Below, piece after piece: positions 29,200-37,605 of a stretch of 64,000 bases of DNA; within the stretch, counting starts at the first letter, position 1; the number at the start of each line of letters is the position of its first letter. The notes under the pieces were generated by a model. It was given only the letters and a program-made list of their open reading frames with translations. It was not told the origin of the DNA and searched no databases. The DNA is from a virus, in the IMG/VR virus record IMGVR_UViG_3300025133_000022, positions 32,001-96,000 of that record; one strand, 5' to 3'. The translations under genes were made by a program, and so were the position numbers.

Positions 29200-29771
29200 G
29201 TGGGGCGAGAGTAGGTTATAAGCTTGGTCTTGCTACTAGACGACCAACAAGTTGCAAATCTAGAGCTCCAAGCACTCTAAAATATAAATTTTCCATCATT
29301 CTAAGAATAGTGGAAGTAAAACTTTGAAAACAAATGTTTAAAAAGAAACAAAACTTTCAATTGTCTCTAGAAGACGTTATTGATTGAAAGTTCTATCTAT
29401 AACAATGTTTGTTGGAAAAATGCGGATACTGTAACTTAGAATGTCGTTTAGCTTCGGTGCGTTTAACACTAATTCAAAATCCCTAGGGACACTGAACGTG
29501 AAAGTCAAACCAATTGCTAAGAACTTTTTAAGCACAATAGCCTGACAACTTGAAAAGCAAGTTGACAGTCTGGAATAGACAGACGCTTATTTATAAGCAG
29601 CAGACGGGGCCCAGTAGGGCCCCGTCATATTTACAAAAATACAAATTACAATCAAATTATGTAGTCTTGTCTTGGAAGACCGAACAGCAGACATCGAATG
29701 TTGGTTCAACTCCAACAATATACTTAGTATGTCCCCAGATGGGAAGAGAGTTCGATTCTCTCGGACTACAT
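29200..29771 (+). ncRNA. Candidate large structured ncRNA region ending in a tRNA-like domain
   Basis: About 570 nt without a credible ORF; many hairpins; two T-loop motifs. Confidence 0.45.
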
Positions 29772-29863
29772 TAAAAAATTCCACGCGCGCGGAAACGAAA
29801 ATGTTCTTAATTCAATTCCGCGATATTGCAAAAGCTAATTCCAAAAAAACATAGGTACCAAAT

Positions 29864-30466
29864 ATGAAATACGAATGCTCATGCGGAGCTAACGGCTGTA
29901 AACTCTGGCGACTGTACAACATCTTCATGAGTAGTCAAAAACTATTCTGTGCGAGCTGTGCATTGGCAAACCAAAAGAAAAAAGGCCATATTGATCCCAG
30001 CGGAAAATATCAAAGCAAATATGGTCTTGTTGACCAAATTGGCAGTCTTATTCCAGCCGTCCCTATTGACCTTACCAAGCTTCAAGACATTCAGAGTTTC
30101 TGGGGGTACACCAGTGTACCTAGTAGTGGATGTGAGTGGTGGTCTTCCTTACCCTCCTATTTTCAAGAAGACACCGTATCCAAGGGTCAGTATGCTATTG
30201 TTCACAACTCTACTGGCAGTCGCTCTATTGCCTACAAGAACGCAGCTGGCAAAACCATAGTAACCATGAGGATCTGTTCAGAAGAGCAAATCAACAGCAT
30301 GTCTCATGGTAGCTTCAAAGGCTACCGTAGCAGAATCTTTGATTGGAGTGAAGCTGTGCATTCTTGCGGAACTCCAGAAGCAATTCGTACTATCGACTTT
30401 CTAATGAATGCATGCAAACGTTCAAAAACCTTACGTAGCAGAAACAACAACCCACCTCTATGTTGA
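29864..30466 (+). CDS. Hypothetical protein
   Basis: ORF track; Cys motifs. Confidence 0.6.
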   Translation: MKYECSCGANGCKLWRLYNIFMSSQKLFCASCALANQKKKGHIDPSGKYQSKYGLVDQIGSLIPAVPIDLTKLQDIQSFWGYTSVPSSGCEWWSSLPSYFQEDTVSKGQYAIVHNSTGSRSIAYKNAAGKTIVTMRICSEEQINSMSHGSFKGYRSRIFDWSEAVHSCGTPEAIRTIDFLMNACKRSKTLRSRNNNPPLC

Positions 30467-30479
30467 GTTAAAAACAAAA

Positions 30480-30788
30480 ATGAAACCTACTGTTAGCAAA
30501 GTCAAAAGAGAAAATCATATTCACCATGTTTCTCGCCAATGGTTAAACAATCCAAGTCACCATACTGTTGCTGCAGTACTCTTCTCTGCCACGTATTGGA
30601 TCAGGAGAGCTGGTCGGCCAGTTTTAGAGAATTTAGATCTTACAATTGCTGATTGCAGCAGAAAGATTACTTTAGAACTAAACCACGACACAGAAGAGGA
30701 AAGAACAAATAGCATACAGAAACTAAAGGTTTTGATAGCACATGCAGAACTTGCATTAACCTATCTTGAAACTGAAATCGAACCATAA
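30480..30788 (+). CDS. Hypothetical protein
   Basis: ORF track. Confidence 0.55.
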   Translation: MKPTVSKVKRENHIHHVSRQWLNNPSHHTVAAVLFSATYWIRRAGRPVLENLDLTIADCSRKITLELNHDTEEERTNSIQKLKVLIAHAELALTYLETEIEP

Positions 30789-30798
30789 AATCAGTTTT

Positions 30799-30891
30799 GG
30801 AGACGTGACCGAGTGGCCGAAGGTGCTTGATTGCTAATCAAGTGTGGGGTAAAACGCTCCACCGAGGGTTCGAATCCCTCCGTCTCCGCCA
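30799..30891 (+). tRNA. tRNA-Ser(GCT)
   Basis: Type II cloverleaf; loop ttGCTaa; CCA encoded. Confidence 0.93.
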
Positions 30892-30902
30892 AAAAGGAAG
30901 CT

Positions 30903-31595
30903 ATGAAAACATTCTTTAAAAAAAGATTCCGTAACCGCAACGACTGCAGATACGAACAGCTCGACCAAAATAGTTTACCTAAACATTTAAATGACGCAAA
31001 GCCAACAATCATTGCACATAGAAAAACATACTATGATTATTGGACCTACAATCGACTTGATCGTATTTCAACGTCAGAAAATATTAAAAAACTAATACAA
31101 CGCAGACGAGAATTACTAGCCGAAAATCATGCAGATACACATTGGGTAGAATTTTATGACAAAGTCATTGCACATGGGTGCAATGTAACTGGCAAAACTA
31201 TTAATCCATATAATGGAACTGTACAAATATCCACGGTATCTCCAAGCCAAAAACGAGACGGGTCTATTCTTTTCAGTAAGAACGACAAGCTTCCTGTAGT
31301 TGTAGATGACAAATGCATGACAGTCTGGTCAAGAGGGCAACGACATATGCTCTTTCGTAAAAGAATCATAAATATGATTGAAGAACTGCTAACAATAGCA
31401 GGCAAAGACAGACTGCCTCCATTACCACAAGAAACCAAACTCCCTATAGAAAAAATGGGAAGAGTCAATCTATGCGGCTTGACAATTCTATATACTGTTG
31501 ACAACCGCTTTGTCACAACCAGCAACTGCTATATCCACTGGTGGAAATTGTACTACATCAGTGAAACTAACGATATCGAATATGTCGAAATCTAA
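30903..31595 (+). CDS. Hypothetical protein
   Basis: ATG after AAGGA. Confidence 0.6.
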   Translation: MKTFFKKRFRNRNDCRYEQLDQNSLPKHLNDAKPTIIAHRKTYYDYWTYNRLDRISTSENIKKLIQRRRELLAENHADTHWVEFYDKVIAHGCNVTGKTINPYNGTVQISTVSPSQKRDGSILFSKNDKLPVVVDDKCMTVWSRGQRHMLFRKRIINMIEELLTIAGKDRLPPLPQETKLPIEKMGRVNLCGLTILYTVDNRFVTTSNCYIHWWKLYYISETNDIEYVEI

Positions 31596-31669
31596 AAAAC
31601 AATTATAACTGAGTGGAAAATTGTTCTAAACTCAGTTACATACACTAGTGCTCAAAAGCACTAGATCGA

Positions 31670-31742
31670 TGGGGATTAGCTCAATTGGCAGAGCATCGGT
31701 TTTTGATACCGTTGGTTCTGGGTTCGAGTCCCAGGTCCCCAA
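31670..31742 (+). tRNA. tRNA-Gln(TTG)
   Basis: Cloverleaf; loop ttTTGat. Confidence 0.9.
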
Positions 31743-31760
31743 TTTATTTAAGGATATCAT

Positions 31761-31991
31761 ATGCTTTATAGACAATTCGTACTGCAAGACAGCAACACCA
31801 GCACAACTTGCTGGTTGCCAGAAAAGAAAAAAGGTATCGTCCTAGAGCCAGGTGTGCGCATCACCTTAGAGGACGACAAGGAAAGCCGATGGTGGACCGT
31901 CCAGTCTGTAGGCTCAATTACCAAAACCAAAGCTGAAGTAAAAAACAAAGAAAAGCTTCAGCGCAAATACAAATCCACAACTGATATCTAA
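31761..31991 (+). CDS. Hypothetical protein
   Basis: ORF with RBS. Confidence 0.55.
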   Translation: MLYRQFVLQDSNTSTTCWLPEKKKGIVLEPGVRITLEDDKESRWWTVQSVGSITKTKAEVKNKEKLQRKYKSTTDI

Positions 31992-31999
31992 CCAACTAA

Positions 32000-32070
32000 T
32001 GGGATGTAGCTCAACGGTAGAGCACGCGGCTGTTAACCGCATGATGAGAGTTCGATTCTCTCCTTCCCAG
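32000..32070 (+). tRNA. tRNA-Asn(GTT)
   Basis: Cloverleaf; loop ctGTTaa. Confidence 0.9.
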
Positions 32071-32086
32071 TCAATAAAGAAACAAC

Positions 32087-32575
32087 ATGAATATTCAAAA
32101 TCAAAACATTAGCAACACAACATACCCTGAACTAAACCTGTCAGGTTCTCTGCTTTACGGCAACACAGCCACCCAAACCAATTGGCTAAGCTGTGCTCTT
32201 CACGGCACTAGATTCAAATGGTCTAAGCTTGACTACAGTACTTTTAGGCATTGCGTTGGGGCTGCTAAGCTGCAAAAAACAAGCTTGCGTGGCGCACTAC
32301 TCTACAAATGCAACATGACGGGCAGCAACTTTAAAAAAGCTGACTTAACTGGAGCCACACTTCGAGGTTCATTTGAGGGGTGCAACTTTAAGAACGCACG
32401 CCTACGCAAAGCAAATTTAGCAAACACATCACTGGCAGGCAGCTCTTTTAAGGGAGCTGACCTACGCAATGCAGATCTCAGTTACTGTGACCTAACAGGC
32501 TGTGACTTCAACAATGCCAATATCCAAAACATCAACCTAACCAACGCAGTATTAACTGGTGCAACAGGACTTTAA
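32087..32575 (+). CDS. Pentapeptide repeat protein
   Basis: Tandem A(D/N)LxxAxL repeats. Confidence 0.9.
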   Translation: MNIQNQNISNTTYPELNLSGSLLYGNTATQTNWLSCALHGTRFKWSKLDYSTFRHCVGAAKLQKTSLRGALLYKCNMTGSNFKKADLTGATLRGSFEGCNFKNARLRKANLANTSLAGSSFKGADLRNADLSYCDLTGCDFNNANIQNINLTNAVLTGATGL

Positions 32576-32751
32576 TTATGAAGTTCAGATGCAGTTCTTG
32601 CAAACATAGTAGAAGCAAGTATCCTTACCCTGGCAGCACTTGTGACTACTGCGGCGAATCAACATTCGAAAAGAACAATGGTACAAAATGGAAACGGTTA
32701 GATAAAAACCATTCTTAAGCAATTCAATTACCATTCACAAAGGAATCAAGA

Positions 32752-33123
32752 ATGAAAGTTGGAGATATAGTTTGCCCCAACGGACTATACAATAGTTCTG
32801 CTGCAGTACTCATCAGTAACATTCGCAGTGCCAAAGTAATGAAAGTGTTTCGTAACGGTAGCAACGGGTCAGATGGTATGGAAATCAAAATCCTAGAAGG
32901 AAATGGTTCCGCCAACCCCCACACTACTTCCATTACATTAGAAATGGGCTGGGGCCCTGGTAGAAGATTCAGAAATCCCCAGACTTTTAGTGCTGGAGGC
33001 ACAGTCAGGGTGTTTCAACGTCCATTTCGAATTATGTCAAAAGCAAACCCTGGCGCAATGGGATTACCCGATTGCGACTTACCCGCCATGGATGATATTA
33101 TGCTCATCATGGCACTCACCTAG
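32752..33123 (+). CDS. Hypothetical protein
   Basis: ORF with RBS. Confidence 0.55.
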   Translation: MKVGDIVCPNGLYNSSAAVLISNIRSAKVMKVFRNGSNGSDGMEIKILEGNGSANPHTTSITLEMGWGPGRRFRNPQTFSAGGTVRVFQRPFRIMSKANPGAMGLPDCDLPAMDDIMLIMALT

Positions 33124-33133
33124 GAAAAACAAC

Positions 33134-33427
33134 ATGTCTACCTCTATCCTTGAGCTCTGGTCCAAAACTCCACAAGAAAAAGCTAGCGCCGCTCTCACTC
33201 TCTCCTACAAGCGTCTCAAAGCCAATGCTGACGCCTATATGGTAGAAGCAGCACAAGAAAAACTAAACGCAGAAGCAGCACTATCAGCGGCACTACAAGG
33301 CAGCAAGACCACACCAGACTTTGCCTCAATTGTCAAAGCCAAACTGCGTTCAGCAGCAGCCGATCTCACATACTCCAAAGGTGCTGAAACTTACACCAAG
33401 TGTTTCAACACAGCACCTTCAGTATAG
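33134..33427 (+). CDS. Hypothetical helical protein
   Basis: ATG after AGGA. Confidence 0.55.
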   Translation: MSTSILELWSKTPQEKASAALTLSYKRLKANADAYMVEAAQEKLNAEAALSAALQGSKTTPDFASIVKAKLRSAAADLTYSKGAETYTKCFNTAPSV

Positions 33428-33459
33428 TGCTTCAGAGGAGCCACAAGCTCCTCTATTAT

Positions 33460-33530
33460 GGCCCGTTCGTCTAACGGAAGGACGCCAGGTTTTCATCCTG
33501 GAAATAGGGGTTCAATTCCCCTACGGGCTA
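33460..33530 (+). tRNA. tRNA-Glu(TTC)
   Basis: Cloverleaf; loop ttTTCat. Confidence 0.92.
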
Positions 33531-33562
33531 CTACAAAGAAGCAACCATGCTATGGAGCGGAA

Positions 33563-34357
33563 ATGAACACAATACACAGAGGCCTACGCGGTAAAAATGT
33601 TCTTGGCCTTAAGAGCCTGCTAAAAGAAGCGGGCCTTATTGTCACGCATAACAACATATTTGACCTACAAACTGAAGCAGGTGTCCGCACTGCACAAGAA
33701 AAATTAGGCCTAGAAAAAGATGGTATTGTCGGACCCAAGACATGGTCAGAATTGCTTGCCAAACCAAGACTTTTCAATAAACCTACCGATCCTATCGAAT
33801 GGGTTAAAGTTACTCCCTACTATCCTCAGAGAGATAATGAATATCATCCTGGCGGGACTTGCAATGTCACTAGCCTTGCTATGGTGCTTGCTTACCATGG
33901 GGTCATTCCCACAAAAGCGAATCAGCTTGAAGACGAGCTCTTCATTCGTCTTCAAAAAACAGACGCAATTGATGAATTCAACAAAAACTACCCATCTCTC
34001 AAAAAGATGGGATACAAACCAAGACATATCCACGGAATGCTCGGATGGCTTGCTCGTCAATATGGTTTCTCCTGGAAATACAGTGAAAAAACCTCACGTT
34101 CAGATCTAATTGATTTCGGAAAAACTACAGGGCCTATGATCATTAGTGGACGTTTTACAAGCAGCGGACATATTGTTACACTGGTAGGTATGACTCTCTT
34201 CAATGACTTGATTGTTCATGACCCGTGGGGAGACTGGAATAGCAACTATCGCAAACGCGATGGCAAATACAAAATCTACAATCGTGAAGCCATGGAAGAT
34301 GTGCTTAGCGGCCATAGCAAAGAGCTTAAAAGAGCTCATAGAATAACACCAGCTTGA
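33563..34357 (+). CDS. Peptidoglycan-binding domain plus C39-like peptidase (candidate endolysin)
   Basis: PG_binding_1 (DGIVGPKTW); YYPQRDN...TCNVTSLAMVL...GHIV...HDPWG catalytic pattern. Confidence 0.8.
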   Translation: MNTIHRGLRGKNVLGLKSLLKEAGLIVTHNNIFDLQTEAGVRTAQEKLGLEKDGIVGPKTWSELLAKPRLFNKPTDPIEWVKVTPYYPQRDNEYHPGGTCNVTSLAMVLAYHGVIPTKANQLEDELFIRLQKTDAIDEFNKNYPSLKKMGYKPRHIHGMLGWLARQYGFSWKYSEKTSRSDLIDFGKTTGPMIISGRFTSSGHIVTLVGMTLFNDLIVHDPWGDWNSNYRKRDGKYKIYNREAMEDVLSGHSKELKRAHRITPA

Positions 34358-34410
34358 AGGCAGCCGCAGGCTGCCTGCTAAAAGAGCTTGGTAACAATAG
34401 GAGTGACCAA

Positions 34411-34815
34411 ATGGAAACGGAATACACGTAGAGCCAAATCAGTTCATTCTTTGAGCGGTTAGAACAAGTAAGCAACGCACTTAACATCTGTGGAGACTAT
34501 GACTTCGAATTCACAGAATGGGAAAGCCAGTCTGGATTCATCACAGTCAGCTGGGAAGAACCAGCTTGTGGTAGCGGTTGTTGTGGCTATGACAGTCATG
34601 AAGGCCAAATACCAGTAGCACTGCTATTTGATCCCAACTGGGAAGCAACAATAGCTGCTGATAAGAAAGCAAAACTAGCTAAAGCAAAAGCTGACAAGCT
34701 TGCTAAAGAGCAAGCTGACAAGCTACAACAGCAACGAAAGGCCGAACAAGCCAAAGCCAACAGGCGTTTGACTTACCAACAATTAGCCAAAGAGTTCGGA
34801 GACACCAGTGTCTGA
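34411..34815 (+). pseudogene. ORF interrupted by an in-frame TAG at codon 7 (pseudogene or amber read-through gene)
   Basis: AGGAG RBS, ATG, six codons, TAG (34429-34431), then 127 open codons ending in a TGA that overlaps the next gene. Confidence 0.65.
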
Positions 34816-35155
34816 ACACTCTTACGATCCTAACTGGAAGCTACGTATCGTAGTAGATCAAACACTAAAGCCAGGCCAACAGATAGCACAAGCTCTTCAT
34901 GCAGCCATTGAGTTCTTGTTTGTATATCCTGAACAATCAAACACATGGCACTGTCTAAGCAACAGCGTAGTCGTCATGAACTGTGAGCCAGAAGAGCTAC
35001 CCAAGCTCTTAGATCGTTGTAAAAAGAAAAATGTGCAATACTCTACCTTCATGGAGCCTGACATGGATAACCGACTTACAGCAGTCTGCATAGAGCCAAC
35101 ACGAACAGGAAAGAAGTGCACCAGCAATTACAAGCTGGCCATGCGAGACATCTAA
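34808..35155 (+). CDS. Peptidyl-tRNA hydrolase, Pth2-like
   Basis: KLRIVV...GQQIAQALHA...FMEPD...LTAVCIEP...KL. Confidence 0.75.
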   Translation: MSEHSYDPNWKLRIVVDQTLKPGQQIAQALHAAIEFLFVYPEQSNTWHCLSNSVVVMNCEPEELPKLLDRCKKKNVQYSTFMEPDMDNRLTAVCIEPTRTGKKCTSNYKLAMRDI

Positions 35156-35187
35156 AGGCTCAGCGAGGGCTTGGACCTCGCGTTTAT

Positions 35188-35259
35188 GAGGAATTAGCTC
35201 AGCGGTAGAGCAGCAAATTCTAAACTTGTTTGTCGGGGGTTCGAATCCCCCATTCCTCA
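35188..35259 (+). tRNA. Amber suppressor tRNA (anticodon CTA)
   Basis: Canonical cloverleaf; GCAAA-ttCTAaa-CTTGT anticodon arm with an A31-C39 mismatch. Confidence 0.8.
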
Positions 35260-35365
35260 CTGCCGTAGGCGTGCGTAGCACGCCTTGTGGATTGAGCTCT
35301 TGACACACAAAAACAATCTGGTTATGTTGTCAGACTGTTCTTTGAAAACCACAATTGAAATGAAT

Positions 35366-35439
35366 CGGAGTGTAGCGCAGCCTGGTAGCGCATCTGCTTT
35401 GGGAGCAGAGGGTCGCAGGTTCAAATCCTGCCTCTCCGA
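35366..35439 (+). tRNA. tRNA-Pro(TGG)
   Basis: Cloverleaf; loop ttTGGga. Confidence 0.92.
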
Positions 35440-35458
35440 CCTTTTCTAAAGGAACAAA

Positions 35459-35755
35459 ATGGAATACAAAACAATCGAAACAGCATTGAGAAACGCAAGC
35501 GAAAGCGTGAACTTAGCTATCCAGCAGGTTCAGCTAGCGAAAATGAAAGATGAAGCAGTAAGCTGCCACATCCAAATTGCAAGATACTTCAAGATCCATG
35601 ACAACAAGCCAACAACCTACACAGAAATAGCGACTGCTATCGGTCGCCCGAAAAAGTACGTAGCCAACGTGCTTTCTGGTTACTACAAATTCCAGAAGAC
35701 TCAGTGGGGAAAAGGCTGGAAGATGAGAAAATCTTGTCTTAAGCAAGTCCTTTAA
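35459..35755 (+). CDS. Hypothetical protein, possible winged-helix DNA binding
   Basis: TYTEIATAIGRPKKYVANVL resembles an HTH. Confidence 0.5.
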   Translation: MEYKTIETALRNASESVNLAIQQVQLAKMKDEAVSCHIQIARYFKIHDNKPTTYTEIATAIGRPKKYVANVLSGYYKFQKTQWGKGWKMRKSCLKQVL

Positions 35756-35792
35756 GTAAAAGCAATTAGTTAACGAAGAAATCGTTAACCAC

Positions 35793-35923
35793 GACTGAAT
35801 GCCTGAGCAGATTACATCGCCTTCCACGCGGGTAACACAGGTTCAAATCCTGTACTCGGCTTTATGCCGAGTTCGTCTAGCGGCTAAGACACCTCAAACT
35901 AATCTCTTGTATCCTTGTCAGTC
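35793..35923 (+). ncRNA. Scaffold element 1: circularly permuted tRNA-Gly(TCC)
   Basis: 3' half 35819-35861 precedes 5' half 35866-35894; joining gives CCTGC-ctTCCac-GCGGG; outer stem GACTGA/TCAGTC. Confidence 0.85.
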
Positions 35924-35966
35924 ACCTTCACGCCCATGATTCTGAGGCTGTAAATATCAGACGCAC

Positions 35967-36041
35967 GGCTATGTGGCTCAGTTTGGTTAGAGCAGGGGCT
36001 TCATACGCCCAAGGCCACAGGTTCAAATCCTGTCATAGCCA
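35967..36041 (+). tRNA. tRNA-Met/Ile2(CAT)
   Basis: Cloverleaf; loop ttCATac. Confidence 0.85.
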
Positions 36042-36056
36042 TTTCACACTATTTAA

Positions 36057-36132
36057 TGCGGAGTAGACTGGAGTTTGGTCCCAGCACGGTCTCATAAGCC
36101 GTATGACGTAGGTTCGAATCCTACTTCCGCCT
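36057..36132 (+). tRNA. tRNA-Met(CAT), possibly initiator-like
   Basis: Cloverleaf; loop ctCATaa; 1:72 mismatch. Confidence 0.82.
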
Positions 36133-36146
36133 CTTTAGAGAATGCA

Positions 36147-36452
36147 ATGTTTGATATAATAATTCCTTTCCTCATGGGCATCGTTCTTGTCGGTGCTATG
36201 ATGGAAAGAACTCTTACAGTCATTCAAGGAAACATTTCACGAACTGCTGTACTTAGCATTCTTATCAGTTCTGTGTATTGGTTTAACATCCAATATGTAG
36301 CGAGTGGAAATGTAGCTGCTTATATTAGTTTCAGTATAGGAACTCTTATAGTTACCTGTTGGCAAAGCTGGCGAGAAAAACAACGCTATGCTGGACAACC
36401 GGGGAAAAGCAGAAGAATGACTGACAAACTTAAAAATATTAAGAAAGAATGA
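36147..36452 (+). CDS. Small membrane protein
   Basis: Three hydrophobic segments. Confidence 0.55.
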   Translation: MFDIIIPFLMGIVLVGAMMERTLTVIQGNISRTAVLSILISSVYWFNIQYVASGNVAAYISFSIGTLIVTCWQSWREKQRYAGQPGKSRRMTDKLKNIKKE

Positions 36453-36617
36453 ACAAGAGTTTTCATCGCAAAAATAACGGCCCTAAGGTACCTAGATCTG
36501 GGCAACCAGTCAGGGAAAAATGTGAATCCTTCATGGACAAAGCATTGTGGTGACGGCAGATAAGCTTCTTGAAGCCCTGTAACGACCGGCAGAAACTCTT
36601 ACCTCCTTGTCTTTCTT
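36441..36617 (+). ncRNA. Scaffold element 2: non-tRNA cargo
   Basis: AAGAAAGA-ATG...TCATCG...AAACTCTT-ACCTC-CTTG-TCTTTCTT. Confidence 0.65.
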
Positions 36618-36654
36618 ATGTATTTGAATACTTAGTATTTCCTATTTACTTTTT

Positions 36655-36730
36655 GTCCTTGTAGCTCAGTGTTTAGAGCGCCCGAACCTGAAAAGCAGGG
36701 AGGTCGTCGGTTAGAATCCAACCAAGGACA
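36655..36730 (+). tRNA. Degenerate tRNA-like gene
   Basis: Acceptor GTCCTTG/CAAGGAC and D arm intact; T-loop GTTAGAA and anticodon arm irregular. Confidence 0.5.
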
Positions 36731-36858
36731 ACAAATACATCTAAGTGCATCCAGACCTTACAGGCAACCCAAGGGTCAAGCCTGCAAGTGAAACTGTACA
36801 TTTGTGGGTACACAAACCCCGTGAGACCGTTCTCGACACGTTAAATCGGAGGACACAC

Positions 36859-37032
36859 GTTAGAATGCCAGAGAAAGATTACATCGTGCCAATTTACGAG
36901 CCGGTGGTTCAACTCCACAGCTAGAAAGCATGTACGCACGTGCAAAGGCGTACAAGGAGCGACGTTGGGTCGCTCATCGTGGATCGAAAGCCCACGATTC
37001 CTAAAAAATCATCTTCTCACCTCTTGTCTAAC
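36859..37032 (+). ncRNA. Scaffold element 3: T-loop hairpin plus multi-hairpin cargo
   Basis: GTTAGA-ATGCC...AGATTACATCG...CTTG-TCTAAC; GTGG-TTCAACT-CCAC hairpin. Confidence 0.75.
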
Positions 37033-37071
37033 ACCCTTACTCGCGTAGTTGAACCAGCTCGCTTGTACCAC

Positions 37072-37235
37072 GTACGAATGCCCAGTGAGGATTACATCGC
37101 CTTATAAGCGGGTGGTCGCAGGTTCGAGTCCTGTCTCTCCAACCATGGTCTTGACGGGCCTGGCTGTTAGCACAGCCGGAGAGTAGCTCAGTTGGTAGAG
37201 CACCTACAAACTGATCCCACAATTTCTTGTCGTAC
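37072..37235 (+). ncRNA. Scaffold element 4: circularly permuted tRNA with TAT anticodon
   Basis: 3' half 37099-37145 ends ACCA; hairpin linker; 5' half 37177-37205; joining gives CCTGC-ctTATaa-GCGGG. Confidence 0.85.
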
Positions 37236-37278
37236 ATTTTATCGAATTGAGCGTAGCTCAAACCCACCTCAATAACCA

Positions 37279-37409
37279 TAAACAAATGCCAAATAGATTA
37301 CATCGTCCCCGCCATATGGGGACGTGGTGTACAGGCGCACACCCTGAGTCCAATCAGGGAGGAATGGGTTCGATTCCCGTGTAATAATCTATTCACTTCT
37401 TTGTTGTTT
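37279..37409 (+). ncRNA. Scaffold element 5: tRNA permuted at the T-arm/acceptor junction (65/66)
   Basis: CGTCCCC-G-CCA (37304-37314) precedes GGGGACG...T-arm (37318-37380); anticodon loop aberrant (GTCCAA). Confidence 0.78.
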
Positions 37410-37605
37410 TATGTAGCAACTGCTCCCTAAAAGTACTACATTACCATCGTGGGATACGTCAGGTTAGTCCTGGAAGACTTGGTACGTTAAGCCAAGCGCG
37501 TTAAAGCACTTAAGTGCCTTGACTGGTTTTAATCAGGATACGTCCCCGCGTCTTCACTGTCGCAAGACAGCAACCCTTCAGGTGGGTACTGATTAAAATC
37601 ACCAC

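Noticed and set aside
29200-29771. Confident tmRNA call
   Set aside because: A tag-like frame and a GGGGC start exist, but no 3' acceptor strand complementary to the 5' end was found; kept only as a candidate ncRNA
35188-35259. tRNA-Pyl
   Set aside because: Canonical D-loop, T-loop and 5-nt variable loop, without the tRNA-Pyl features; no pylS/pylBCD in the window
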